Positions 7,393 to 16,184 of a stretch of DNA of 32,000 bases are shown piece by piece (position 1 is the first letter of the stretch; each line of letters starts with the position of its first letter). The translations under genes were made by a program, and so were the position numbers. Under the pieces are notes generated by a model that was not told the origin of the DNA, made no database searches, and was given only the letters and a program-made list of their open reading frames with translations. Source of the DNA: Aeropyrum pernix K1 (GTDB lineage Archaea; Thermoproteota; Thermoprotei_A; Sulfolobales; Acidilobaceae); the NCBI RefSeq assembly GCF_000011125.1, contig NC_000854.2, positions 1,560,001-1,592,000 on the forward strand, in the 5' to 3' direction.

Positions 7393-8580
7393 ATGGCTGT
7401 AGCTGCTTATAACGTATTCAGAGGGTTCGCCGTCGGAGGCTACATGGCCCTCTTCCCCATGTACATGAGAAGCCTCGGCTATAGCATGGAGAATATAGGC
7501 GGTGTTATAGCCGTTTCTAGCCTAGTTTCAGCACTGGTTTTGCCAGCTGTAGGCGTTTACATAGACAGGATGGGCCCCCGAACATGGGTAATCCTGACTG
7601 GGGTACTCCAGTTCGCCGGGATAGCGATCCTCATCCCAGATCCAAGCATAGCGGGCTTAACCTCCAGCTACCTACTCTTCCTGCTATCGTTTATGGCAGG
7701 CCAGCCCTCTAGAATGAGCTTCCTCGCTAGGAGTATTGATGTAAGTAGCCTAGGCTACATTGTGGGGGTAACGAGTAGCGTTTTCAGCGCCTCAAGACTC
7801 GTAGGCCCGGCAGCGGGAGGCTACATATCGGAGGCTCTAGGATTCCAGGGTGCATTCGAGGTCCTCGCCGCCTCAAGCCTAGTGGGGCTTATGCTATTCA
7901 CAATCCTCTCAACAGGTGTGAGGCTACGTGAGGTGGACAGGCCGAGAAGCGTGCTGGAGGCGTATAAGAGCCTGCTTAACCCGGACCCGGGCTTCGGGAG
8001 GTTCCTAGTCTTCATAGGTGTTGACAGGCTATCTTGGAGTCTCTGGTTCCAAATGCTCACAGCCCACCTCTACAACCATGGGTTCTCAGAGTTTCAGGCG
8101 GGCCTTGCTGTAACCGTAAGCGGCGTAGTCCAAACGGGAGGCCTCCCGCTAGCGGGGAGGCTCGTCGACAGGCTCGGCGCCGTTATAGGCTTGATAGCCA
8201 GCGAGGCCCTTGGCGCAATGGCGGCTATACTACTTATGGATCCAACACCTCTCAGAGTGTATCCAGCTATGGTATTGATGGGCCTCTCCATAGCATACTG
8301 GGTACCCTCTTACAATAAGATGGTCGCTCTACTCCGAGGAGAAGGGGGAACCGGCTACACCCAGGTCAACACCGTTCGAAGTATAGCGGGGGCTCCGGGC
8401 CCCTACCTAGGCGGCCTACTCTACGACGCTATCTCGCCGATGGCCCCATTCGCCGTCTCATCAATACTCCTCTTATCCCTCGCAATCCTCGGGAAGAAGC
8501 TAATGATCGTTGAGAGAGCTGAGGAGGAGGCGGTTGTAAAGGTTTTGGCGCCCGAGCCGGTTAAGTCTTGGGACAGCTAG
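7393..8580 (+). CDS. MFS transporter
   Basis: About 12 hydrophobic helices; MGPRTWVILTGVLQFAG and GRLVDRLGAVIGLI MFS-like loops. Confidence 0.88.
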   Translation: MAVAAYNVFRGFAVGGYMALFPMYMRSLGYSMENIGGVIAVSSLVSALVLPAVGVYIDRMGPRTWVILTGVLQFAGIAILIPDPSIAGLTSSYLLFLLSFMAGQPSRMSFLARSIDVSSLGYIVGVTSSVFSASRLVGPAAGGYISEALGFQGAFEVLAASSLVGLMLFTILSTGVRLREVDRPRSVLEAYKSLLNPDPGFGRFLVFIGVDRLSWSLWFQMLTAHLYNHGFSEFQAGLAVTVSGVVQTGGLPLAGRLVDRLGAVIGLIASEALGAMAAILLMDPTPLRVYPAMVLMGLSIAYWVPSYNKMVALLRGEGGTGYTQVNTVRSIAGAPGPYLGGLLYDAISPMAPFAVSSILLLSLAILGKKLMIVERAEEEAVVKVLAPEPVKSWDS

Positions 8581-8927
8581 AGGCCGGGTAGACTTAGGTA
8601 TATCTTCCCCCTATCCCTCCGCTTAATATATCCTAGGCCAGGCTTTGCCTCAACACTCTCTATACAAAGATCAACTGGGGGGAGGGGTTGGTACACGATC
8701 CTGAAGCAGCCATTCACAACCATAATACGAAGTCTAGCTCCTCTGCTGTGTGCAATGGCGCCAAGAAGAGTGCCGCCTAGGGCGTTTTCTGGTATGTCAA
8801 GGTGGGTTTGGGAAGCCCCCATACAGCCCTTGGGGTGGAGGCTCGCCTCTATAACTCTCCTAATCCCTGATGAGTGATCAAGGATGGAGAGTTCTACACT
8901 TCTTTTACAGCCCAAAGGTCTCTCCAC
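8577..8927 (-). CDS. Hypothetical protein
   Basis: 116-aa ORF convergent with the MFS gene; the stop codons overlap in the sequence ctag. No family recognised with confidence. Confidence 0.6.
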   Translation of the reverse strand: MERPLGCKRSVELSILDHSSGIRRVIEASLHPKGCMGASQTHLDIPENALGGTLLGAIAHSRGARLRIMVVNGCFRIVYQPLPPVDLCIESVEAKPGLGYIKRRDRGKIYLSLPGL

Positions 8928-8993
8928 AAGCTTCTTGTCTCTCGTGATGAATGGGAAAAATGTTGTCCTTATAGTCGCCTCGTCCCAAAGTAA

Positions 8994-10676
8994 ATGTCTA
9001 TGGTGAAACGCTTGTCCCTCGAGGAGATTTCCTACCTGGGGCTAGGGAAGACTGTCACTGCTGAGGAGGCCTTGTCGAACATCAGAGACGGGTCTGTCGT
9101 CGCCATAAGCGGGTTCAACATGGCTATGACGCCTGAGTATCTTATTGAGGAGCTCTATAGGCTCTACCTCAAGACCGGACACCCCAGGGACCTGTTTATA
9201 ATAAGCGATACATTCCCCGGCGTCCCCGGGCGGGGTCTTGACAGGATTGCCATGGATATGTATGAAAAGGGTGAGGAGGAGTTCATCTCGGGGATGCTCC
9301 TACCATTCTACGGCTGGAGCAGGACTTTACAGAGGATGATTATAGAGGAGTGGTTTGAAGCCTACACTTGGAGCATAGGTATAATGGCGTATTGGTTCAG
9401 GGAGGTTGGCAGTGGAAGGCCAGGCGTTCTTAGCAGGGTTGGTGTGGAGACTTTTCTAGACCCCCGTAGGGGTGGTTGCTCGCTCAACGAGAAGGCCAGG
9501 AAAGCAGGCAGGGTTAGAGGGAGGATCCTCGAGATAGATGGTAGGGAGTACATATTATACCAGGCTCCGAAGCCTGATGTGGGGCTTTTGAGAGGTTCTA
9601 CTGCGGATGAGAAGGGCAATGTCAGTATTGAGGACGAGGGGATACAGGGGACCATATTGAATATAGCCCAGGCGGTCAAGGCAAGGCCGAAGAGGGGTTT
9701 CAACGTTGTCCAGGTCCTCAGGGTGGCAAGGTTCGGGAACATTAGGGCTAAGAACGTTACTGTCCCGGGGCCGCTGATCGACTTTGTGGTAGTGGCTCCG
9801 AGGGATAAACACTGGCAGGGAGCGTCGATGGATATGGACAGGAGGGTGAGCGGAGAGATCATAACACCTCTGGCTCCAGCCCTTGCAGAGCCGCTGCCTC
9901 TAGACCATAGGAAGATCATAGCTAGGAGAGTTCTCCTCGAAATGGTCAGGCTTGTTAAAGAGGAGGGAAGACCTATAATAGTTAATCTCGGCGTGGGCAT
10001 ACCCAGCCTTGTTGCCCATGTGGCTGTGGAGGAGGATGTATCCGACTTCATGGAAATAACGATAGAGTCCGGACCTTGGGGTGGTATACCATATACAGGC
10101 CCCGACTTCGGCCTCGCTATAAGCCCGTACGCCATGCTCAGCATACCCGACCAGTTCACCATATACGAGGGGGGGATACTCGACGCTGCCAGCCTAGGGT
10201 TCCTACAGGTCGATAGGGAGGGTAACGTCAACTCAAGTATACTGCCTGACAGGCTCCCGGGTCCGGGCGGCTTCTCCGTGATAGCTGCCGGGAGCCCTAA
10301 CCTCTTCTTCGCAGGCGGTTTTACCGCTGGCAAGAGGGATATAGTTGCTGAGGATGGAAGGCTAGTGATAAGGCGTGAGGGAAATATCAGGAAGTTCGTG
10401 AATAGGGTCTACAAGATCCTTTACAACCCGCGCTCCGCGATGGAGTACAACGACCAGGAGGTACTCTACATAACTGAGAGGGCAGTGTTTAAGCTCGAGG
10501 GAGGCAGCCTAAGACTCGTCGAGGTAGCCCCTGGGGTTGACATCGAGCGGGACATACTGGGGCACATGGAATTCAGGCCGATTATAGACCGGAGGGTAGA
10601 GGAGATGGACGAGAGGATATTCCGGGAGAGGAGAATGGAGGTTAAGAAAGAGGTCGTGAAAGCCCTCAGGATGTAG
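8994..10676 (+). CDS. Acyl-CoA/acetate CoA-transferase family protein (fused alpha and beta parts)
   Basis: N-terminal GSVVAISGFNMAMTPEYLIEEL; C-terminal NLGVGIPSLVAHVAVEE...ITIESGPWGGIPYTGPDFGLAISPYAM with the catalytic-Glu context of family I CoA-transferases. Confidence 0.9.
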   Translation: MSMVKRLSLEEISYLGLGKTVTAEEALSNIRDGSVVAISGFNMAMTPEYLIEELYRLYLKTGHPRDLFIISDTFPGVPGRGLDRIAMDMYEKGEEEFISGMLLPFYGWSRTLQRMIIEEWFEAYTWSIGIMAYWFREVGSGRPGVLSRVGVETFLDPRRGGCSLNEKARKAGRVRGRILEIDGREYILYQAPKPDVGLLRGSTADEKGNVSIEDEGIQGTILNIAQAVKARPKRGFNVVQVLRVARFGNIRAKNVTVPGPLIDFVVVAPRDKHWQGASMDMDRRVSGEIITPLAPALAEPLPLDHRKIIARRVLLEMVRLVKEEGRPIIVNLGVGIPSLVAHVAVEEDVSDFMEITIESGPWGGIPYTGPDFGLAISPYAMLSIPDQFTIYEGGILDAASLGFLQVDREGNVNSSILPDRLPGPGGFSVIAAGSPNLFFAGGFTAGKRDIVAEDGRLVIRREGNIRKFVNRVYKILYNPRSAMEYNDQEVLYITERAVFKLEGGSLRLVEVAPGVDIERDILGHMEFRPIIDRRVEEMDERIFRERRMEVKKEVVKALRM

Positions 10677-10694
10677 CGGCGTCTCACCCATCAA

Positions 10695-10703
10695 CTATTA
10701 AAG
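10695..10703 (+). promoter_or_regulatory. Candidate TATA element of the S25e gene
   Basis: ctattaaag about 40 bp upstream of ATG 10742. Confidence 0.45.
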
Positions 10704-10741
10704 CCTGGCGGCCGAGCCTAGGGAGTGTGGGTGGAGAGGAT

Positions 10742-11038
10742 ATGGCCAAGAAAAAGGCTCCTTCGGCTAAAGAGGGTGAGAAGCAGCAGGGCTTCAAGGA
10801 GATAATACCCGAGGTCACGGAGAAGCTTGTAGAGCAGGCGAGAAAGGAGGTAGCTAGGGAGAGGTGGGTCACACCCCATAAGCTAGCCCAGAAGATGGGG
10901 GTGAAGGTCAGCATAGCCCGCAGGGTGCTCCGAATACTCGAAGAGGAGGGAGTTCTAGTCCTCTTCACCAGGAACCGGAGAAGCCCCCTCTACCTCCCGA
11001 AGAAAAAGGTACCCACAGCCCCTCCCAGGGGCCTCTAG
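10742..11038 (+). CDS. rps25e: 30S ribosomal protein S25e
   Basis: MAKKKAPSAKEGEKQQ...RERWVTPHKLAQKMGVKVSIARRVLRILEEEGVLVLFTRNRRSPLY. I prefer ATG 10742 over the track's GTG 10727 because ggtggagag lies just upstream. Confidence 0.93.
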   Translation: MAKKKAPSAKEGEKQQGFKEIIPEVTEKLVEQARKEVARERWVTPHKLAQKMGVKVSIARRVLRILEEEGVLVLFTRNRRSPLYLPKKKVPTAPPRGL

Positions 11039-11100
11039 CCCTTCAGACTAGGCAAATACATTTATGGGAGTGCCAGGACCCCCTGGGGGGTTAGGCTGTT

Positions 11101-11976
11101 TTGAGGGGTGGCAGCCTCGTCCTCGTTACAGGGCTTGGGGAAGATAGCGGCAAGACTAGCCTTACAACGGGGTTGTTAGCGTCGTTCAGGTCGCTCGGCA
11201 TCGAAGCAAGAGGCTTTAAACCAGCGGGAGCCACCAACGTATGGCTACACCCGGAGGTCCTCGACGATTCTAGTAGGAGGGGTTTTCTGGTAACGTGGGA
11301 CTCTCTGAAGATCCATAGAGCATCTGGGGAGGACCTCGACCTGAGAATTTTAAACCCTGTAGCGGGGTTTTCGCTCCCCCCATACACTGCTACGAGAGGT
11401 CCTGCTGGCTTCCTACTACTGCTGGCGGGAAATCTAGCCTTAGTAAGGATCAGCGAGTGCCTGACGAGGGGTTTATCTACAATACACCTCATAGTCGACA
11501 GTATCCTCGATGCAGCCCCCAAGGGTGTCCGCGAAGCTGTCGAAGAGGCGGCTTCCCGGTTGAGACCCCCTCCCTTCAAGGTGAAGCCCGGGTTTATAGC
11601 GGAGGTCCTGGGCCAGCCAGCCTCGAAGGCTGCTGACACCTGTCTAGAGAGCCTTTTGGGTAAGGAGGGTCTAGTTGTTGCGGAGTCTAACAGCGATGTA
11701 GCAGCACCCACGCTTGGGGTCCTAGAGAGGTCTAGAGTTGTGCTCGTCTCGGGGTGGGGCAGGGTCTACCTTTTCTCCGGCGAGGTTTGGAGGAGGGCTG
11801 TTGAGGCTACAATGATAGGTGGAGTCCCGTGGAGCGTGAAAACTGGGGAAATTCTGGAACTGGCGAGGCCGGAGCGGGTGGTCGACTTAAAGCTCACCCC
11901 TCACGGCGGGCTGGATCCGGATGACGGTGGAGCGCTGGCCGAGGCAGTATTGCCTATTTTAGAAAAAAGCGTCTAA
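11101..11976 (+). CDS. P-loop ATPase related to dethiobiotin synthetase / CobB-CobQ-like (AAA_26) proteins
   Basis: LVLVTGLGEDSGKTSLTTGLLASFRSLGIEARGFKPAG; VVAESNSDVAAPTLGVLERSRVVLVSGWG. Confidence 0.72.
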   Translation: MRGGSLVLVTGLGEDSGKTSLTTGLLASFRSLGIEARGFKPAGATNVWLHPEVLDDSSRRGFLVTWDSLKIHRASGEDLDLRILNPVAGFSLPPYTATRGPAGFLLLLAGNLALVRISECLTRGLSTIHLIVDSILDAAPKGVREAVEEAASRLRPPPFKVKPGFIAEVLGQPASKAADTCLESLLGKEGLVVAESNSDVAAPTLGVLERSRVVLVSGWGRVYLFSGEVWRRAVEATMIGGVPWSVKTGEILELARPERVVDLKLTPHGGLDPDDGGALAEAVLPILEKSV

Positions 11977-12672
11977 CCTTCTCCTGCCGGCTAGTCTAAC
12001 CTCAACAATCCTCTTGACTAGGGGGAGGCTCACGTTGTACACAGGCACTCCATGGACCAGAGCATGGGGCTTGCCGTTGTGCGCGTGCGCGTGCACTGCG
12101 ACGTCCGGCCTTGCTCTGGCTATCATCCTCTCCATCCCACTACTGTACAGGTAGGGGTGTATCCTCGGATCTTCGCCCATGATGGTGGCCCTTGCCACGC
12201 CATAGTGGGTTAGCAATACAACGTAGTCCGCCTCACGCCTCGCCTCCCTGAGTAGGCCCTCGAGGATCCGGGGCCTCCTCTTGAACACATCGACTAGCCA
12301 CGGCATGTTTCTCCTCTGCCAAGGTGTCAGCCTATCGAGAGCTCCCGTCGACCCTACCACAGCCACAGTACCGCCGCTACAATCACCGGTGAAGACGGAA
12401 TCGTCCAGCCACACAACCTCAGGATAGAGTTTGACCATGGCCTCCCTATTCCAATCCTCGTTCCCGAAAACGCCAACAAACACTGATCCCGAAAACTTCT
12501 CCCTCAAAAGTTTAAACGCCGGGGAGAACGCTTCAGCACGACCCTTCTCAACGAGATCTCCCGCAAGCAAGACCATACACGGCTCATCGCCTCGCCAGGA
12601 TCCCGCCGCGGCGATGAGCAGGTTTAGATAGCGTGGTGAGTGTATATCACCGGTCGCGGCGACCAGCGTCAA
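11959..12672 (-). CDS. Calcineurin-like metallophosphoesterase
   Basis: AATGDIHSPRYLNLL, LLAGDLVEKG, FGNEDW (GNxD/H-type), VLLTHYG, HAHNG metal-binding motifs. Confidence 0.88.
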   Translation of the reverse strand: MTLVAATGDIHSPRYLNLLIAAAGSWRGDEPCMVLLAGDLVEKGRAEAFSPAFKLLREKFSGSVFVGVFGNEDWNREAMVKLYPEVVWLDDSVFTGDCSGGTVAVVGSTGALDRLTPWQRRNMPWLVDVFKRRPRILEGLLREARREADYVVLLTHYGVARATIMGEDPRIHPYLYSSGMERMIARARPDVAVHAHAHNGKPHALVHGVPVYNVSLPLVKRIVEVRLAGRRRLDAFF

Positions 12673-12858
12673 AAGTATACACCCAGGCTATGGGTCAGCG
12701 CTTTGGCCCCACATCACAACCCCTCTAGGCCGGGACGTGAGGGGCTCAGCGACGCCACCCCCTTCATAATTTAGGGCGGTTCGCACTTCATCCCCCAAGC
12801 CAAAGTATGCTAGAGGAGTGGAAAAGGTGATAACCTGTATCGCAGCTGGAAGCCGCGG

Positions 12859-13125
12859 TTACCTGCCCGTGTATATAATCAGCCTCTCCTCCTCACCGCT
12901 GCTCTTGACCCTCACATAGCCATGCGTCTCGAGCTCCATCAATATATTCACGATCTCTCTTCTACTGGCTTTCAGCCCTTCGTTCTCGAGGTATAGCATG
13001 AGATCACTCTCTGTTATTGGCGTCTGCCCGTTTTTAGTCCTTTTAACTATGGTCTCGTATACCAGGTTCCTGAGGGTGGATGGCACCCAGGTCTCGCTTC
13101 TAGAGCTCAACGGCCACTCACCCAT
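12859..13125 (-). CDS. Small winged-helix/HTH-like protein, probably co-transcribed with the CDC48/VAT gene
   Basis: ITESDLMLYLENEGLKASRREIVNILMELETHGYVRVKSSGEEERLIIYTGR; 20-bp gap downstream of the VAT stop, same strand. Confidence 0.75.
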   Translation of the reverse strand: MGEWPLSSRSETWVPSTLRNLVYETIVKRTKNGQTPITESDLMLYLENEGLKASRREIVNILMELETHGYVRVKSSGEEERLIIYTGR

Positions 13126-13145
13126 ACTAGCATTGGGATGGACGT

Positions 13146-15359
13146 TTACAGGGTAATGGTGGGGGCCTCCCTCTTAACCTCTTCCTGCCTCTGCTTGACG
13201 GTCTCCAGCCATCTCTTGTAGTACTCCACCATCTGCGGTGTTACGCTCGGCTTCACCTTCTTGAGGGCCACTTCGAAGTGTCTCATCGACACCTCCGCCG
13301 CGTTTATATCCTCCCTCAACGCCGCTAGACTCGCTTCCCTGACTAGAGCTTCTATATCAGCACCTGTGTAGCCCTCGGTTCTCCTAGCTATCTCGGCAAG
13401 GTCAACGTCCTCGGCGAGAGGCACCTTCCGGGTATGTATCCTCAGTATCTCGAGTCTCGAGCTGAAGTCTGGGGGTGGTACGTATATCATCTTCTCGAGC
13501 CGGCCCGGCCTCATGAGGGCTGGGTCGACCATGTCGGGCCTGTTGGTGGCGGCTATTACTACCACGTCGTGGAGGTCAGAGACCCCATCTATCTCGGTTA
13601 GCAGCTGGCTGACAATCCTCTCGGTAACCCTTGTGCCCACGTCGGTGCCTCTGACGGGGGCTATGGCGTCTATCTCGTCGAAGAACACTACGGCGGGGGC
13701 GTGTTGCCTTGCCTTCGCGAATATCTCTCTAATAGCTCTTTCGCTTTCTCCCACCCATTTGCTGAGTATCTCCGGGCCCCTCACCGCTATGAAGTTCGCC
13801 CCACTCTCAGTAGCCACAGCCTTGGCCAGCAGCGTCTTACCAGTACCCGGAGGCCCGAACAAGAGAACACCCCTAGGAGGCCTAATACCCATCCTGGTGA
13901 ATGCCTCCGGGTGCTTCAGAGGCCACTCCACTACCTCTCTCAGCTCCTGCTTCACATCCTCGAGGCCGCCTATATCACTCCACCTAACCTCGGGAACCTC
14001 AATCTGTATCTCCCTCAAGCCGCTGGGCGTTATCTCCCTGAGGGCTTTGAGGAAGTCCTCCATGGTAACTACCATCTTTTCGAGGACCTCCACGGGTATG
14101 GACTCCTGGTCCAGGTCTATCTCGGGTAGGTATCTTCGGAGGGCGTACATGGCCGCTTCTCTCGCTAGGGCTGCGAGATCAGCGCCGGTGAAGCCTTTGG
14201 TCATCTCGGCCAGCTTCTCAAGATCCATGTCCTCCGCCAGAGGCATATGCCTGGTGTGTATCTGCAGTATTTCCAGCCTGCCATGCTTATCCGGCAAGGG
14301 CACCTCTATCTCCCTGTCGAACCTTCCAGGCCTCCTCAGAGCCGGGTCTATGGCGTTAGGCCTGTTAGTCGCTGCAATGACTATCACGTTACCTCTAGCC
14401 TCAAGCCCGTCCATGAGGGCTAGAAGCTGTGCCACAACCCTCCTCTCAACCTCCCCGACAACTTCGTCCCTCTTCGGGGCTATGGCGTCAATCTCGTCGA
14501 TGAAGATAATGCTGGGGGCGTTCTTCTTAGCCTCTTCGAAGATCTCCCTGAGCCGCTGCTCGCTCTCGCCGTAATACTTGCTCATAATCTCCGGCCCGTT
14601 GATGGAGATGAAGTAGGCGTCGGCTTCGTTCGCAACAGCCTTGGCCAGCAGCGTCTTACCAGTGCCCGGCGGGCCATACAGTAAAATACCCTTCGGAGGC
14701 TCGATGCCAAGCCTCTTGAAGATCTCTGGATGCCTCAGAGGAAGCTCCACCATCTCCCTGACCTTCTCGATTACCTCTTTAAGCCCTCCGATATCCTCGT
14801 AGGTGACCTTTGGAACACGGCTCTGCGCTACCGGCTTCTCAAGAACATCAACTATCGTCTCCTCAGAAACTATGACCGCACCCTTCGGCCTAGCGTCAAC
14901 CACCTGCAGCTGGACAGCCTGGCCTATAACGGGGACAACAACCACGTCGCCCTCGGTGATAGGCACTCCCTGGAGCTTCTTCTTCACATACCTCTTGAAC
15001 CCCTCGTCTACAGTCATTGTGTAGCTGACGGGGGCTAGCTTCACCTTTGTAGCCGTCCTCACACTAGTCTTCCTAACAATAACCTTCTCTCCAATATTAA
15101 CGTCTGCATTCCTCCTCAGTATACCATCCATTCTTATGATGTCGAGACCCATGTCCTCCGGGTAGGCTGGCATTACAATGGCGACAGTTTTCTTCTTACC
15201 CTCAATCTCGACTACATCACCGGGCTCGACACCCAGCTCCTTCATAATGTCGATATCTATCCTAACCCTCTTCCTCCCCGAGTCCCTGGGCTTAGCCTCA
15301 GCAACCCTCAGTATAGCTTCTTTGACAGGCCTTCTAACGCCGAAACCACTACTTGACAA
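13146..15359 (-). CDS. vat: CDC48/VAT-type AAA+ ATPase (TTG start)
   Basis: N-domain followed by two AAA modules: [23 protein letters not shown] / [14 protein letters not shown] and [23 protein letters not shown] / [15 protein letters not shown]. Confidence 0.97.
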   Translation of the reverse strand: MSSSGFGVRRPVKEAILRVAEAKPRDSGRKRVRIDIDIMKELGVEPGDVVEIEGKKKTVAIVMPAYPEDMGLDIIRMDGILRRNADVNIGEKVIVRKTSVRTATKVKLAPVSYTMTVDEGFKRYVKKKLQGVPITEGDVVVVPVIGQAVQLQVVDARPKGAVIVSEETIVDVLEKPVAQSRVPKVTYEDIGGLKEVIEKVREMVELPLRHPEIFKRLGIEPPKGILLYGPPGTGKTLLAKAVANEADAYFISINGPEIMSKYYGESEQRLREIFEEAKKNAPSIIFIDEIDAIAPKRDEVVGEVERRVVAQLLALMDGLEARGNVIVIAATNRPNAIDPALRRPGRFDREIEVPLPDKHGRLEILQIHTRHMPLAEDMDLEKLAEMTKGFTGADLAALAREAAMYALRRYLPEIDLDQESIPVEVLEKMVVTMEDFLKALREITPSGLREIQIEVPEVRWSDIGGLEDVKQELREVVEWPLKHPEAFTRMGIRPPRGVLLFGPPGTGKTLLAKAVATESGANFIAVRGPEILSKWVGESERAIREIFAKARQHAPAVVFFDEIDAIAPVRGTDVGTRVTERIVSQLLTEIDGVSDLHDVVVIAATNRPDMVDPALMRPGRLEKMIYVPPPDFSSRLEILRIHTRKVPLAEDVDLAEIARRTEGYTGADIEALVREASLAALREDINAAEVSMRHFEVALKKVKPSVTPQMVEYYKRWLETVKQRQEEVKREAPTITL

Positions 15360-15399
15360 GGCCCCCTAATCCCCACTATACAACTTGGAGAGGGGGGAT

Positions 15400-15411
15400 T
15401 ATTAATTAAGA
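15400..15411 (-). promoter_or_regulatory. Candidate TATA element of the vat gene
   Basis: On the minus strand, taattaataatc about 40 bp upstream of TTG 15359. Confidence 0.45.
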
Positions 15412-15489
15412 GTTTGGAGAGGCGTGTGAGGTGGAAGCGTTTAAGCTGGAGATATAGGTTTTGGCGGGTGAAGCTGTCCAATCGGCTTT

Positions 15490-15651
15490 CTAGTGTTCTG
15501 TATTATCCTTCTCTTCCTCCTCTTTTTCTGCAGGCTTTTCTTTCTCCTTCTTCTTCTGCTTGGAGGGTGTACCGCATTCTCTCGAGACTGCTGGGCTCTC
15601 CCAGTCCCAGGTGCTCTCCCTGTGGTTTTCCTCGCTGCGCACGGGGGTCAT
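15490..15651 (-). CDS. Possible small highly charged protein (about 53 aa), immediately downstream of the aEF-1beta gene
   Basis: MTPVRSEENHRESTWDWESPAVSRECGTPSKQKKKEKEKPAEKEEEEKDNTEH. ATG 15651 follows the upstream TGA by one base, which is compatible with translational coupling. Confidence 0.4.
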   Translation of the reverse strand: MTPVRSEENHRESTWDWESPAVSRECGTPSKQKKKEKEKPAEKEEEEKDNTEH

Positions 15652-15652
15652 T

Positions 15653-15925
15653 TCACTGCATCCTCGAGACGTTCTCAACCTCTACCTCCTGGACGCCCTC
15701 TATGTTCTTCAGCAGCTGCTCCACCTCCTCGGTACCGCCTTCGGTATCCTCGTTCATGGCTATGACCAGCTTAAGGGCTTTGAGCCCGAAGGCTATAGGC
15801 TCCTCCCCCTCTGCAAGAACTTCGTAGCCGCTCGGCAACTTGGACTTTATCCTCTCGGCCAGCGTCTTAGGATCGATGCTAACATCATCAGGGTAAACCT
15901 TCACTACCACCGCGACCCTCGCCAT
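15653..15925 (-). CDS. ef1b: Translation elongation factor aEF-1 beta
   Basis: MARVAVVVKVYPDDVSIDPKTLAERIKSKLPSGYEVLAEGEEPIAFGLKALKLVIAMNEDTEGGTEEVEQLLKNIEGVQEVEVENVSRMQ. Start corrected from 16024 to ATG 15925 (preceded by gaggggtg), which removes overlap with the upstream gene. Confidence 0.94.
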   Translation of the reverse strand: MARVAVVVKVYPDDVSIDPKTLAERIKSKLPSGYEVLAEGEEPIAFGLKALKLVIAMNEDTEGGTEEVEQLLKNIEGVQEVEVENVSRMQ

Positions 15926-15938
15926 CCAACACACCCCT

Positions 15939-16145
15939 CTAGGGACCTGTGAAGCCACAGTTTGGACACGTATATGTGGCCCCCTGCTTTCTACACCTGC
16001 TGCAGCGCCATATCTCCACTTCACCGCAGTTCGGGCATGGGAACCTTGTGGCTGTCGAGCCTGGCTCCACTATCCTGCCACAGCTTGTGCACCGTGGGGG
16101 GTGTACGTAATCGTAAACGTCTATCTTCCGGGGCTGTACTGCCAT
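15939..16145 (-). CDS. Small Zn-ribbon RNA-binding/translation-associated protein (alternative GTG start at 16157)
   Basis: [53 protein letters not shown] has four CxxC knuckles. It sits next to aEF-1beta, an arrangement known in archaea. Confidence 0.9.
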   Translation of the reverse strand: MAVQPRKIDVYDYVHPPRCTSCGRIVEPGSTATRFPCPNCGEVEIWRCSRCRKQGATYTCPNCGFTGP

Positions 16146-16184
16146 TACCCTGAACACCCCTGTGTAGGTTTACTTGTAGGGTTA

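Noticed and set aside
9362-10333. 323-aa minus-strand ORF opposite the CoA-transferase
   Set aside because: Shadow ORF caused by codon bias; the plus strand encodes clear CoA-transferase motifs.
13513-14574. 353-aa plus-strand ORF and other ORFs opposite CDC48/VAT
   Set aside because: Ser/Leu/Pro-rich antisense reading of a strongly supported AAA+ gene.
15414-15952. Plus-strand ORFs 15414..15827, 15493..15765 and 15560..15952
   Set aside because: They run antisense to aEF-1beta and the charged mini-ORF; the FLLLLL-type tracts are simply the complement of Lys/Glu codons.
15925-16025. N-terminal extension of aEF-1beta to 16024
   Set aside because: The extension overlaps the Zn-ribbon gene and is not typical of the family; ATG 15925 has a good upstream Shine-Dalgarno.
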